From an uncultured Arcobacter sp. (GTDB lineage: Bacteria; Campylobacterota; Campylobacteria; Campylobacterales; Arcobacteraceae), in contig OZ223300.1 of assembly GCA_965140705.1 (NCBI GenBank), positions 1,728,001 through 1,792,000 on the forward strand: a stretch of 64,000 nucleotides of DNA, read 5' to 3'. Positions 40,682 to 49,121 of the stretch are shown here, piece after piece. The position numbers and the translations under genes were made by a program. Each line of letters opens with the position of its first letter. Position 1 is the stretch's first letter. The notes beneath the pieces are model-generated. The model saw only the letters and a list, made by a program, of their open reading frames with translations. It was not told where the DNA came from and made no database searches.

Positions 40682-41492
40682 TCTCTAATATCTTTTTAAA
40701 ATCTTGTATAAAATAGACAACCCTTTGACTAGGAATTCCTGCATATAATTTATCTACTGCATATACATTTTTATTTTTTGCTGCATTTATTGGTAAATCT
40801 AACCATAGTTTTTTTACCCTCTTTAGTTCTTCGCTTTTACCTTCAAAAAATGGTGCAAGTAAAATTATAACATCAGGATTCATTTTGATTATCTTTTCTG
40901 TATTTACTACTGGTTGTGCTTTACTTTTGGATTGAAAGGCATTTACATTTCCACTAGCTTTAATAATATCTTCAAAATACAAATAATTACCTGATACATA
41001 GATTTGATTTGAAAGTGATCTTTTAGGACTTATTACTATTAATATTTTTTTATTTTTTACTATTCCTTTTAGTGAAGCCAAAGAGTTATTGATATTTGAT
41101 ATCAACTCTTTAGCTTTTTCTTGTTTATCAAAATAATTTCCTAAACTAAAAATAGTATTGTTTATATCTTTTATACTATCTGTTTTGAAACTCAAAGTTT
41201 TAATATTAAGGTTTTTTAGATTTGTAAGCAGTTTTTCATCATAATTTTGAGCAATCACAACACTAGGATTTACCAATAAGATTTTCTCTAAAGAAATAGA
41301 AGCATATCCACCTACTTTTTTAACCTTTTTTGACTCCTTTGGAAAATCACAATATTTAGTATTTGCAACAACATCTTTACCAACACCTAAGGCATAGACT
41401 ATCTCATTTATAGAAGGAGTAAGTGTTACAATACGCTCACTTGAGTATAAATTTATTACTAAAACAATAAGTATTGATAAAAACTTTTTCAT
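40665..41492 (-). CDS. btuF: Corrinoid-binding periplasmic protein
   Basis: ERIVTLTPSINEIVYALG...YCDFP. Confidence 0.85.
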   Translation of the reverse strand: MKKFLSILIVLVINLYSSERIVTLTPSINEIVYALGVGKDVVANTKYCDFPKESKKVKKVGGYASISLEKILLVNPSVVIAQNYDEKLLTNLKNLNIKTLSFKTDSIKDINNTIFSLGNYFDKQEKAKELISNINNSLASLKGIVKNKKILIVISPKRSLSNQIYVSGNYLYFEDIIKASGNVNAFQSKSKAQPVVNTEKIIKMNPDVIILLAPFFEGKSEELKRVKKLWLDLPINAAKNKNVYAVDKLYAGIPSQRVVYFIQDFKKILENVRDK

Positions 41493-41493
41493 A

Positions 41494-43299
41494 TTAGAAA
41501 CTAACCTTTAGTCCAACATATGCACTTCTTTCAGCCGTTGCATATCCGTCAATATTTTGATAATATTTATTAAAAATATTATCAATTTTCATATAAGTAT
41601 TTATATTTTTCTTAATCTCATAATTAATTACACCATTCCACAATGTATAATTACCAGTTCTTGCTGAAACATCATGTGTACCATATTTATATTGTTTTCT
41701 ATCTCCAATATATTGACCATTAATATTAAAATGGAATTTTTTTATTCCATAATAATCTAATCCAAACTTCATACTATCTTTTGCTCTTCTCTCTAAATCA
41801 TACCCTTTATTATCCTTTACATTCAAATGAGTGTAATTTAAAGTTAGCAAAATATCACTATTCAAATCATGGATATAAGATAATTCATATCCTTTTAATT
41901 TAGATGTTCCATCTAAATTTTTATAACCCGAACCATCCCAATCAATCATATCATCAACTTTTGAACTAAAATACGTTAAATCAAATCCTTTATAGTTAAG
42001 CCCTATATCAAAAGACTTTGTTGATTCAGGGTTTAATAATGGATTTGGTCCAAACTTACCATACATTTGAGATAAAGTTGGAATATTATAAGCTGTTCCA
42101 TAGTTACTTTTGAAATAAAGATCATCATTTATGTACTGTTTAATACCTATTTTTCCAGTTGATTTATTATTAAAATCACTATATTTATCATATCTTAAAG
42201 ACTCAGTAACAATTGTCATATTATTATTAAATTTATTATTATTTGTAATAAATATTGCTTTATTATCATACTTTCTATTTAAGTCATTTTTATTTTCATA
42301 ATCTTTATAATCTGCACCAAAAATTAAAAAAGAAGTATTGTTTAAATATGGTACATTTGTTTTAACTCCATAATCTTTTATTGAACCATCATATTTTGAA
42401 GGACTAGTTGCAATATATTCCCTATGAAACTTAGATTTGTTAGCATGTACATCCAAAGAAAAGATATCATTTGTATGATTATAATTAATAGATGAAAATC
42501 TATCTTTTGTTATCGAATGGGTATCATCTTTTGAATCATTAGAACCATCATATTCATTTCTAGCATTTATAATTGTATGTATTAAATCAATTTTATTATT
42601 ATCATCAAAGTTATACCCAACTTTGATATTTGAAGTTAAATTTTTATATCCATCATCTTCATAATTATCAATATCTTTTCCCCTTGGAGCTTTTGCAGTA
42701 AATCCATCTGAATCCAATTTGCTAAATGAACCTTTAATATAATAATCTTTTGTTTTATGAGATAAAGATAATCCATATTTTTTAGTATTATATGAACCAT
42801 ATTCAACATTCATTGTACCATTTGTACCATCTTTAGGAGTTTTAGTAATTATATTTATTACACCTGCACTAGCATCTGCTCCCCAAATACCTGATTGTGC
42901 ACCCTTTATTACTTCTATTCTTTTAATATCTGTAAGCATTAGATTTTCAAATTGGGCACCACTAGCACTAGTTACATCATTAACTTTAATTCCATCAATC
43001 AATACCAAAATTCTTTTTCCATCAAAGCCTCGCATAAAAACTGAACTTTGTTTTCCTAAACCACCATTATTAATAACATTTATTCCACTAAGACTATTGA
43101 TTGCCTCATTTACTGTTGTATAATGTCTCTCTTCAATTTCTTCTTTAGTAATAACATCAACATCTGAAGTTACATCTTTGATTGATTGTTCTGACTTTGT
43201 AGCACTTACGACTGTGATTTGGGATAGTTCTTCTGCATGAAGGTTAGATGTTGCTATTAGAAGGCTTGCAACTAAGCTTGTAGTTAATTTCTTGTTCAT
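41494..43299 (-). CDS. btuB: TonB-dependent corrinoid receptor
   Basis: Signal peptide, TonB box ITVVSA, plug RIEVIKGAQSGIWGADA, about 600 aa, terminal Phe; heads btuFDC-cobB. Confidence 0.9.
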   Translation of the reverse strand: MNKKLTTSLVASLLIATSNLHAEELSQITVVSATKSEQSIKDVTSDVDVITKEEIEERHYTTVNEAINSLSGINVINNGGLGKQSSVFMRGFDGKRILVLIDGIKVNDVTSASGAQFENLMLTDIKRIEVIKGAQSGIWGADASAGVINIITKTPKDGTNGTMNVEYGSYNTKKYGLSLSHKTKDYYIKGSFSKLDSDGFTAKAPRGKDIDNYEDDGYKNLTSNIKVGYNFDDNNKIDLIHTIINARNEYDGSNDSKDDTHSITKDRFSSINYNHTNDIFSLDVHANKSKFHREYIATSPSKYDGSIKDYGVKTNVPYLNNTSFLIFGADYKDYENKNDLNRKYDNKAIFITNNNKFNNNMTIVTESLRYDKYSDFNNKSTGKIGIKQYINDDLYFKSNYGTAYNIPTLSQMYGKFGPNPLLNPESTKSFDIGLNYKGFDLTYFSSKVDDMIDWDGSGYKNLDGTSKLKGYELSYIHDLNSDILLTLNYTHLNVKDNKGYDLERRAKDSMKFGLDYYGIKKFHFNINGQYIGDRKQYKYGTHDVSARTGNYTLWNGVINYEIKKNINTYMKIDNIFNKYYQNIDGYATAERSAYVGLKVSF

Positions 43300-43315
43300 A
43301 TTTTATTTTTCCTAA

Positions 43316-43504
43316 TTATTTTGTTTTATTTGTTGAATATAGTTTTGCAGGTTTTAACTGTCTTGATATTAGTAAATTTACTATTTTTGGCATATCAATA
43401 GACATTAAAGAATGAATTAGACTATAAATAGATGATGTTTTTCTATCAACAGTTGCAGCTAACATTCCAAAAAGCGTAAAATATTTTTTGCTTTTACTAA
43501 TCAT
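43316..43504 (-). CDS. 62-aa leader ORF upstream of btuB
   Basis: Strong SD (AAAGGAGAG) and TATAAT elements upstream; the stop lies 16 bp before the btuB ATG. Confidence 0.55.
   Translation of the reverse strand: MISKSKKYFTLFGMLAATVDRKTSSIYSLIHSLMSIDMPKIVNLLISRQLKPAKLYSTNKTK
43347..43468 (-). promoter_or_regulatory. Partial cobalamin-riboswitch-like element
   Basis: GGAA (43468-43465), GCAACTGT (43456-43449) and a B12-box-like AGACAGTTAAAACCTGC (43363-43347), in canonical order; P4 and L5 are missing. Confidence 0.4.
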
Positions 43505-43621
43505 AAACTCTCCTTTCTTTGTATTATAATTCGCGTATTATAATCAAAAGAATATAAATCTTTTATTTCAAGGTAAATTAAAGCTATTTTAATACAATAG
43601 CTCAATTTTAAAGGAGATACT

Positions 43622-44041
43622 TTGACTTATAATGACTGGTTTGAAAAACATGCCACAAGACATCAAAATATCATGGAAAAATTAAAAGATTTAAGTGATG
43701 AAGAAGTTATAAAATATTTTAGATTTGATAATATGGTTGAGAAAGAGCCTGATTTTTGTCCACTTTATAAAGATAATAAAAAATGTCATGATTATGATGA
43801 GTTAAATTGTTACTTATGCGCCTGTCCAAACTTTAGATTCGATGACAATGGATTTAAAAAAGTTGAAGATAAAACATTATATTCATACTGTAATATAGAT
43901 AGTAAAGACGGAGCTCAATATAAAGGTGATGATTATATTCATCAAAACTGTGCAGGATGTCTTGTTCCACATAAGGAACCTTATATTAAAAAACATTTTT
44001 CAAGAAATTGGAAAGAGATTATGAAGGACGTAAGACCATAA
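43622..44041 (+). CDS. Cysteine-rich small (zf-like) domain protein
   Basis: FCPLY...KCH...LNCYLCACP...NCAGCLVPH; TTG start with an AAGGAG SD. Confidence 0.8.
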   Translation: MTYNDWFEKHATRHQNIMEKLKDLSDEEVIKYFRFDNMVEKEPDFCPLYKDNKKCHDYDELNCYLCACPNFRFDDNGFKKVEDKTLYSYCNIDSKDGAQYKGDDYIHQNCAGCLVPHKEPYIKKHFSRNWKEIMKDVRP

Positions 44042-44077
44042 AAAAAGTCCAACTTCTAGTGTTTGAAGTTGGACTTT
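44040..44077. terminator. Intrinsic terminator, potentially bidirectional, with the better U-tail on the minus strand
   Basis: 13-bp stem AAAGTCCAACTTC / GAAGTTGGACTTT, 8-nt loop; A7 run at 44040-44046. Confidence 0.85.
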
Positions 44078-44130
44078 ATTGGTGTTGTGTTATTCTTTTG
44101 TATAAAATGTAGGAGAAATACAAAATCTGT
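44040..44130 (-). ncRNA. Candidate ~90-nt sRNA with an anti-SD loop
   Basis: -10 TATCAT (44142-44137), hairpin UUUUGUAU-[UUCUCCUACAUUUU]-AUACAAAA, CA-rich linker, U7 terminator. Confidence 0.55.
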
Positions 44131-44136
44131 ATTGAA

Positions 44137-44169
44137 ATGATACCTACTCAGTGTTAATTGATTGTTAAT
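44137..44169 (-). promoter_or_regulatory. ATTAACA-N4-ATTAACA box plus -10 TATCAT
   Basis: Plus-strand TGTTAAT at 44152-44158 and 44163-44169; 9 bp to the -10. Confidence 0.6.
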
Positions 44170-44195
44170 CAAAAAATTTAGTTTGGAGAATTTAA

Positions 44196-44825
44196 ATGAA
44201 ACTTATAATGTTTGATATGGATGGAACATTAATCAATAGTGGTGGTATGATTGCAAACACCATTAATTATGTTAGAGAAAACTTAGGATTTGAAGCCTTA
44301 GATAAAAAATATATCCTAAAAAATGTAAATGATCCAAATGTAAACTCATCTGAATTTTTTTATGGAACAAAACACTTTACCCAAGAGCAAGGTAAACTTT
44401 TTGAAACTTATTATTATGACCATTGTTTAACCGATTTGGAAGTTTATGATGGAATAAAAGAGTTATTGGAAGATTTAAAAAATGACTATATTTTTACAGT
44501 TGCTACAAATGCCAATAGTGAATTTGCAAATAGGATGTTAAATCACTTAGAAATAGGCAAATATTTTAAAACAGTGGTTGGATATAACGATGTATTAAAA
44601 CCTAAACCACATCCAGAAATGGTTTATAAAATACTTGAAGAGATAAAAACCACAAAAGAAAAATCACTTTTAGTGGGAGACAGTCACAAAGATGTCCAAG
44701 CAGCAACAAATGCAGGGATAGAATCTGTTTTAGTAAATTGGGGATTTTCAGACCATGAAGAAAATGCAATAGAAAATGTAAAAGAGTTAGAACAAAGAAT
44801 ATTTAAAAAATTTTCAATATTTTAA
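44196..44825 (+). CDS. HAD-family hydrolase (phosphoglycolate phosphatase-like)
   Basis: FDMDGTL, VATN, KPHP, VGDS..D. Confidence 0.9.
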   Translation: MKLIMFDMDGTLINSGGMIANTINYVRENLGFEALDKKYILKNVNDPNVNSSEFFYGTKHFTQEQGKLFETYYYDHCLTDLEVYDGIKELLEDLKNDYIFTVATNANSEFANRMLNHLEIGKYFKTVVGYNDVLKPKPHPEMVYKILEEIKTTKEKSLLVGDSHKDVQAATNAGIESVLVNWGFSDHEENAIENVKELEQRIFKKFSIF

Positions 44826-44837
44826 AAGAGAGTTAAG

Positions 44838-45266
44838 ATGAATATACGTCTGGCAAAAATTAATGACTTAAAAGATATTTATGATTTAATTTGTGATATG
44901 GAAAGTACCCAATTAGATTATAAAAAATTTGAAGAAATATTTATTAGATATTTAGAAAATGAAAACTTTTACTCAATTGTTGCAGAAGAAGATGATTTAA
45001 TAATTGCTTGTTTAAATTTAAGAATAGAATACCAACTTCATCATGTGGAAAAAATAGCAGAGATTATGGAACTTGCAGTTAAAAAGGAATACCGTTCAAA
45101 AGGTGTGGGTAAAATACTTTTAGACAAAGCAAAAGAAATATCAAAAGATAACAACTGTTTACAAATGGAAGTTTGCTGTAATCAAATAAGAGAAAAAGCT
45201 CACAAGTTCTATCAAAGGGAAGGGATGAAAAATTCACACTTTAAGTTTACTATGGAATTAAATTAA
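44838..45266 (+). CDS. GNAT acetyltransferase, PhnO-like
   Basis: QLHH..IAEIMELAV, RSKGVG, AHKFYQREG..SHFKFT resemble aminoalkylphosphonate N-acetyltransferase. Confidence 0.8.
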   Translation: MNIRLAKINDLKDIYDLICDMESTQLDYKKFEEIFIRYLENENFYSIVAEEDDLIIACLNLRIEYQLHHVEKIAEIMELAVKKEYRSKGVGKILLDKAKEISKDNNCLQMEVCCNQIREKAHKFYQREGMKNSHFKFTMELN

Positions 45267-45275
45267 CACAAGCCT

Positions 45276-45971
45276 TTACAAACTTATCTGTTTATATTCA
45301 CCCTCTTTTAGATCTTCGACGGTAAAATTATCAAAACTTATTCTATGAAGTTTTACAACCCTATTATCAACTGCTGCAAACATTCTTTTTACTTGATGAT
45401 ATTTGCCCTCAACAATCTCTAATCGAACACAAGTAGGAGAAAGAACTTCTAATTTTGCTGGAAGTAAAGGTTTGTCTTCTCCATTTAAAAGAAGTTCTCC
45501 ACTAGCAAAAATTTTTTCTTCATTACCCATTAAAGGCACTTTTAAATGTGCTTCATAAATTTTAGAAATCTCTTTTTTAGGGTTTGCAAGCTTATGATTT
45601 AAAGTTCCATCATCAGTCAATATTATTGCACCTGTTGTATCAACATCAAGTCTACCAACAGTGGAAATTTTTGGATTTCTTTGAGTCCATCTATATGGAA
45701 GTAAAGAGTATATCAATACTCCTGCATCATTGTGAGAGCATATAACTCCAGAGGGCTTATTAAGAAGTATTGTTAAGGTTTCAGGATCAAGTTTTTCACC
45801 ATTGATTGTTATATCATCATGATAGGCTTTTGTTGAGGGATTAAATACTCTATTTTCATTTACCAAAAGCTCATTTATTTTTAAAAACTTTTTAGCATCC
45901 CCTCTTGTACAGTAACCTAAACTTGATAAATGTGCATCTATTCTTTTATAACTATTTTTCATGAAGCGCAT
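45276..45971 (-). CDS. rsuA: 16S rRNA pseudouridine synthase
   Basis: S4-like N-terminus, LNKPSG, GRLDVDTTG, EGKYHQVKRMF; the true start may be 45962. Confidence 0.88.
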   Translation of the reverse strand: MRFMKNSYKRIDAHLSSLGYCTRGDAKKFLKINELLVNENRVFNPSTKAYHDDITINGEKLDPETLTILLNKPSGVICSHNDAGVLIYSLLPYRWTQRNPKISTVGRLDVDTTGAIILTDDGTLNHKLANPKKEISKIYEAHLKVPLMGNEEKIFASGELLLNGEDKPLLPAKLEVLSPTCVRLEIVEGKYHQVKRMFAAVDNRVVKLHRISFDNFTVEDLKEGEYKQISL

Positions 45972-45995
45972 AGTAGCATTTTTTTATTAATAATC

Positions 45996-46685
45996 TTATG
46001 TAAGAGTGTATTGTATTGGAACTTTTATGACTATTTCTTTTTTGACCTTTGGGAACTCTTTTGATGCTTTTTCAATAGCCTCAAGTGATGATTTTATAAG
46101 TAATCTATGTCCAGAGATAGAGGTTATATCTTTGATTTCACCATTAACTAAAATTTTAAATTTTATTAGTACTTTTCCTTGAATATTTAATCGTTTTGCT
46201 CTTTTTGGATATTTTATATTTTTTTGAATTAGTGCTACTATTTGTTTAAGATGTTCATTTAAAAAGTCTTGCTCATAAGTTTTTTTTACACTTTTTTGTA
46301 TAAGTTCTTGTTCTTTTTTTACTATCTTTTTTACTTTTTCTTCAGGTTCTTTTGTGATAATCTTTTTTTCAACTACTTTCTTAACTACTTCTTTTTTAAG
46401 TAGTTTTTTTTCTATGATTTTCTTTTTTATAGCTTTCTTTTTTATAACTTTTTTTATTGGCTTTTTATCTACTTCTTTTTTGGGAACTTCTTTTTTTACA
46501 AGAGGTTGTTTCTTTATTATCTTATCTTGTTCTACTAAAGAGACAAAATTTAGATTTATAGACTTCTCTTTTATTTTATTTTTGATAACAAAATTATCAT
46601 AACTATATAATATCCCTGTAAAAACTAAGCCATATAAAAAAGTTGTCAAAAAAAAAGAATAAAAATATCTTTTAGAGTTTAACAT
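45996..46685 (-). CDS. tonB: TonB
   Basis: N-terminal TM, Lys-rich linker, YPKRAKRLNIQGKV. Confidence 0.9.
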   Translation of the reverse strand: MLNSKRYFYSFFLTTFLYGLVFTGILYSYDNFVIKNKIKEKSINLNFVSLVEQDKIIKKQPLVKKEVPKKEVDKKPIKKVIKKKAIKKKIIEKKLLKKEVVKKVVEKKIITKEPEEKVKKIVKKEQELIQKSVKKTYEQDFLNEHLKQIVALIQKNIKYPKRAKRLNIQGKVLIKFKILVNGEIKDITSISGHRLLIKSSLEAIEKASKEFPKVKKEIVIKVPIQYTLT

Positions 46686-47065
46686 TAGTTTTTCTTTGTA
46701 ATTATAGAGATATTAGAAAAATCATTTGATTTTAATAAATCAAGAATGGAAACAAAAGATTCAAAATCAGCTTTTTTATCGCTTTTAATAAAAATATGAG
46801 AATCTTTATTTATCTTATTTAGTTCCAAAGTAAGGTTTTCAAAGCTTATATGTGATTTATTTAAATATAAACTATTATCTTCTTTTATTGTAATAACAAA
46901 CTCTTTTTTTATCTCTGATTTTTTTGCACTTGCTGCTTTTGCCAAAGATACAGGGATATCACCTCGAGCTATAAAAGTTGAAGTCAATAATACAATAGTT
47001 AATAATACTAATAACACATCAATAAAGGGAATTACATTTATTGAATTAAATTTCTGTAATTTCAT
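46685..47065 (-). CDS. exbD: ExbD
   Basis: INVIPFIDVLLVLL; start taken at MKLQKF. Confidence 0.93.
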   Translation of the reverse strand: MKLQKFNSINVIPFIDVLLVLLTIVLLTSTFIARGDIPVSLAKAASAKKSEIKKEFVITIKEDNSLYLNKSHISFENLTLELNKINKDSHIFIKSDKKADFESFVSILDLLKSNDFSNISIITKKN

Positions 47066-47474
47066 CAAATTTACTTTCAATTACTTCTGCATATCTAGCT
47101 AATACATTATAAAAAATTTGAGAAAGAATTGCCACAACTAAACCAACCGCCGTCGCTTTTAATGCAAGTGCTAAAGAACTCATTATCTTAGTTGCTTCAA
47201 TATCACCTTCACTCATAGTCATAAATGTAAGCATAATAGCCAATACAGTACCTAATAAGCCAATATAAGGAGCATTTGAAGCTATTGTACCAATGATTGA
47301 TAAATGCTTTGTAATAGCTATCTCTAATGATTTTTTTGATTTATAAAATTTCACATCAATATTTTTGTAAAAAAGTATTCTCTCAATAAAGAACCAAAAA
47401 GATAAAAAACTCATAAAAATCAAAAGTATAACAACTCCATAATCAACTAAGTTTTTTAGTAGTTCTATATTCAT
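47046..47474 (-). CDS. exbB: ExbB
   Basis: SNAPYIGLLGTV, LALKATAVGL. Confidence 0.94.
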   Translation of the reverse strand: MNIELLKNLVDYGVVILLIFMSFLSFWFFIERILFYKNIDVKFYKSKKSLEIAITKHLSIIGTIASNAPYIGLLGTVLAIMLTFMTMSEGDIEATKIMSSLALALKATAVGLVVAILSQIFYNVLARYAEVIESKFDEITEI

Positions 47475-47495
47475 ATTATATTTCCTAATATTTTT

Positions 47496-47530
47496 ATTAT
47501 AATAAAAAAAAAGTGTTAAATTAGTGTTAA
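47496..47530 (-). promoter_or_regulatory. TTAACACT-N3-TTAACACT box plus -10 upstream of exbB
   Basis: Plus-strand AGTGTTAA at 47512-47519 and 47523-47530; -10 is TATTAT (47504-47499) or TATAAT (47501-47496). Confidence 0.6.
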
Positions 47531-47536
47531 GTTAGA

Positions 47537-48397
47537 TTAAGACATTAATTTTATTAGATTTAGTTTTATTAGTGTTCCATTCTCTTTTGGTTCAATTTTG
47601 ATATCAATTTGGTTTTTATCACAAAACTCTTTTACAATATTTAAACCTAAGCCAAAACCAGTTTTACTTGAGTCTTCTTGAAAATATTGTTCAAATACAA
47701 TAAAAAGATTTTTTGTGTCAATTATATTTCCTGTATTAAATATGCATAAAAGATTATTTTGCATACTAATTTTGATAATTCCATTTTCACAGTTATATTT
47801 TATAGCATTTGATAAAAGGTTATCAAAAACTTTTTGAAAACCATTTTTATCACTATTAATAGATATATTTTTAATATCATTTTCTATTGTAATAGTGCCT
47901 TTCATATCTTCAAATTTATTAATTGAAGTCTCAATTATATCATCAAGTAAAAATTCAAACTTATCGATTTTACCTATCTCTTTTTTTATCTCATATTCCA
48001 TTTGGTCATAAAGCTTTAAAAGTTCATTTGTAGCTAATTTTATTCTATTTAATCTTCTTATATCTTTTTCATCTTTTAGATTTTTCTCTAACATCTGAGC
48101 ATTGGATTGAATTGTAGAAGCAGGAATATTAAGTTCATGGAGAGTCTCTTTAATAGCTTTTTCTAGGTTATTATCACTTTCAAATAAAGGATTAAAAAGT
48201 GGTTTACTCAAGAAATAGTTTAAACTAACAGCAAAAATAATAAGTATTAAAGTAATAACAATAAAAGTATCTTCATTAAAACCAAATAAAGCTACCAAAT
48301 AATAGTTTGCAAGTAAAACCATAATCACAATAAATGATACTAAAATAGAATTAGAGATTATAAAGTTTTTCTTTTTAATATTCAAGCTTATAACCAA
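47537..48397 (-). CDS. Sensor histidine kinase with a very short extracytoplasmic loop
   Basis: Two adjacent TM segments, HELNIP, NLLSNAIKY, GFGLGL; the start may be TTG 48385. Confidence 0.92.
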   Translation of the reverse strand: MVISLNIKKKNFIISNSILVSFIVIMVLLANYYLVALFGFNEDTFIVITLILIIFAVSLNYFLSKPLFNPLFESDNNLEKAIKETLHELNIPASTIQSNAQMLEKNLKDEKDIRRLNRIKLATNELLKLYDQMEYEIKKEIGKIDKFEFLLDDIIETSINKFEDMKGTITIENDIKNISINSDKNGFQKVFDNLLSNAIKYNCENGIIKISMQNNLLCIFNTGNIIDTKNLFIVFEQYFQEDSSKTGFGLGLNIVKEFCDKNQIDIKIEPKENGTLIKLNLIKLMS

Positions 48398-49031
48398 CTC
48401 CTTTAATATTTACTACTTTTTCTTTTACAAATATTTTTTTTACAGCATTAATATATACCCTAATTGAGCCTTCACTATAATCTTCTTCACAATGCCAAAG
48501 TCTATTTACTATCATCTCTTTTGTTACAATTTTATCTTTGTTTTCTAAAAACAACTCTAATAATTCTACTACTTTCATTGGTAAATTTATATCTATATTA
48601 TTTTCATATACTCTTTTATCATTTGGGCTAAAAAATAGATTTTCTCCTAATTGTATTTTATCAATTTGTTTTCCAGCTCTTTTTAAAAGCGACTTTATTC
48701 TTAATATCAATTCATCTAAATCAATTGGTTTTTTCAAATAATCATCAGCCCCTGATAAAAAACCTTGTTCTAAACTCTCTTTATCTTTGTAGGAAGTTAA
48801 ATACATCGTTGGAGTATTGTCCCCTGATTCTCTCAAATCTTTTAAGAGTTCTAATCCATTTATTTTAGGAACATTTATATCAAACAGATATAAATCATAA
48901 TTCTTTTCATAATTTAATGCAAGTGCTTGTTCTCCATCACTTGCAATATCTACTAAAAACCCCTCTTCATCTAAAAAGTCTTCAATTGTTTGTGCAAATA
49001 GTTCGTCATCTTCAAGTAGTAATATTCTCAT
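48375..49031 (-). CDS. OmpR-family response regulator (DccR/CrdR-like)
   Basis: ILLLEDD, FDINVP, ADDYLKKP, RVYI...KGVGY; start taken at ATG 49031. Confidence 0.93.
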   Translation of the reverse strand: MRILLLEDDELFAQTIEDFLDEEGFLVDIASDGEQALALNYEKNYDLYLFDINVPKINGLELLKDLRESGDNTPTMYLTSYKDKESLEQGFLSGADDYLKKPIDLDELILRIKSLLKRAGKQIDKIQLGENLFFSPNDKRVYENNIDINLPMKVVELLELFLENKDKIVTKEMIVNRLWHCEEDYSEGSIRVYINAVKKIFVKEKVVNIKGVGYKLEY

Positions 49032-49121
49032 TATAAATCTGAATTCCAATATCTTTTTCGAAATTTTACACTAATCTTTATAAAAATGTTGTTTTTGCAA
49101 AATTTTTATATATAATTACTT

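Noticed and set aside
43300..43620. Complete canonical cobalamin riboswitch upstream of btuB
   Set aside because: The P4 T-loop (GGUG..AAUCC), L5 and the GCCACUG/GGGAAG elements are not present; reported only as a partial candidate.
44104..44140. Plus-strand small ORF behind the AGGAG at 44111
   Set aside because: The nearest starts are 16 nt (TTG AAA TGA) and 21 nt downstream, too far for SD use.
46300..46540. Low-complexity A/T-rich repeats in tonB
   Set aside because: They encode the ordinary Lys-rich TonB linker.
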